From Basidiobolus meristosporus CBS 931.73 (lineage: Eukaryota > Fungi > Basidiobolomycota): a DNA stretch of 64,000 nt. The notes below the pieces were generated by a model that worked only from the letters and a program-made list of their open reading frames with translations, searched no databases and was not told where the DNA came from. The translations under genes were made by a program, and so were the position numbers. The stretch is taken from positions 26,818-90,817 of the forward strand of contig MCFE01000343.1 in the NCBI GenBank assembly GCA_002104905.1. Reading direction: 5' to 3'. Below, in pieces: positions 62,440 through 64,000 of this stretch (the first letter of the stretch is position 1; every line of letters starts with the position of its first letter).

Positions 62440-63740
62440 AATTAATATCACATAAGTGAGGGGTCATATGTCTACAAGGATCCCATATATAATCTGCTAG
62501 AAAAGAATTGCACCCTAATTATGGTGGACACTAAGTCATATTCTGACTATCTATTACCCTTCATATTGTCATTAATTGTTATCATTCTTGTCTCTTACTT
62601 CCTGATTGTGCACTCTCATTATTCTGCTACTATTACTGCTCATTCATTGGCCATCTTATATTGGTCATGCTCCTGCTTCTTGAGCTCTTATTACTCCCTC
62701 AATATTCCTGTATGCTCATGCTTATTTTATCACAATCCTCAGTTGTTTCTCAATACTTTTATGTATGGACTAGTACATAAGTCCAATAGCTCTATCATGC
62801 CATTCCCAATTTTACACTGTATCAGTTGTCCCATTAAACCCACCATTCAAGTAGTGTTCAATGCAAGCATCTATCCTCCAATTGTTTGGTTGTGTCCAAA
62901 CAGTCTTGTGCCAGCTATTATTCACTCATTCCCATACATTCCAGTGCATTGAGGATTCCTTTATTTAGCAATGCTTTAGCTAGTTCCTCCATTAACTCTC
63001 CACCATAATTGTAGGCACTTATGCTCTCATCTCCATTAAAGGTCTTCTGGAGTGATATGGCATGCATTGTTGACCTACAAAATCTACCAAGTCATTTGGA
63101 TCAATTTGCATCTTTTAGTGGTGCTGCTTTGTTAGTGGGTGAGATCTCTACACAACTGCCTGTAGTAGGCTTGTTCTGAATCTCACAGGTTCCTCAGATT
63201 CAGGCAATTGCTTAAAGGGCCATGTTGCTGCACCTGCTGAAATACCCTTGATCTTCTTGGTGTTTCTTCTTGTCTCTCTAGAGATTTGGAGCTTTGTTGC
63301 ATCAGAGTATTGGCTACTACAAATATTTGTGTTTCTTAGACATTTCTCTGATTTCCTTTTAGAGGGACTTCCCTTACTTTCTCTTTGCCTTTCCTTCTAC
63401 TATTATCACCATTGCTGCTATCACTTGGTTTCTGCCTCCAATAGCGTTTAATATTCTTCAGATATTTTTAGAATAGTTCAATACCAGCCCAGGACCCATT
63501 TGCATGCTTGAATCCAGGATACTGTGAATGAAACTCATTAAGTGCCATATGCTTCTCTTTGGGGGCAGATGGACCCAATCTATGCCATTCCTTAGACAAC
63601 TTTGTGTCATTTTCTTATGGACTCCTGTATATCAGCCCACTCTTTATTGCCACATTCAACAGCCTCCTGTATTAGAATTTCTTCTGATATCATGGCAGCA
63701 TATGTATACTATACTATCACTCCCTCATGCTATCTCTGGC
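62440..63740 (-). repeat. Old unclassified interspersed repeat X, copy 2
   Basis: See copy 1. ORFs 31577-31804(-) and 62521-62952(+) share YGLVHK..S I.PFP.LH.IS ... PNSLVPA..HSFPY. Confidence 0.6.
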
Positions 63741-64000
63741 TGTACTACAGGCCTAATCTTTGTATAACTTTGTTGTGCTTCCAGGTTTCTATGGTGTATA
63801 TATACTGAGAAGTTGGGATTTGGGTCTATACTTGATGCTGTTGTAATCCTGTTTGAGCTTCCTGTTTGCATCAATGCTATTATATTTGTGACAATGTATA
63901 GAAATTATTCTACGAATGATACTTGCTCATCTTGTCTCTCTCTTGCTTCCTGATGACTTTTGACCACTGCATCTAAGCAATCAACACTCTATTCATTGTC

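Overview
Eukaryotic, AT-rich, strongly CpG-depleted repeat DNA. It is probably fungal, inferred from the Ty3/Gypsy, CACTA and PIF/Harbinger protein types. I found no intact host gene, RNA gene or CRISPR array. (1) A giant inverted repeat: 1-10954 is the near-identical reverse complement of 49067-60030, and the left arm runs off the window start. The arms enclose a 38.1-kb spacer. (2) One satellite family occurs in several states: two homogenised 34-bp arrays, a 98-bp array with a 1078-bp (11-mer) higher-order repeat, and degenerate tracts. (3) The core holds a nested transposon stack. A decayed CACTA transposase is split by a tRNA-primed Ty3/Gypsy element (33975-44994, 4-bp TSD AAAG). Its 5' LTR carries a 211-bp MITE, and its PBS is split by a chromodomain-bearing chromovirus (34560-40426, TSD ATTGG). 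The chromovirus has a Tf1-type self-priming signal and a GGGAAAC -1 frameshift site followed by an 11-bp stem. (4) There are also two solo LTRs, a 742-bp foldback MITE, and Harbinger, CACTA and integrase relics. The best leads are the centromere-like palindromic architecture (an assembly artefact must be excluded) and a ~325-nt conserved, apparently structured non-coding module shared by one family's LTR and another family's 5' leader. All retroelement ORFs are disrupted. Identities quoted are by-eye estimates.
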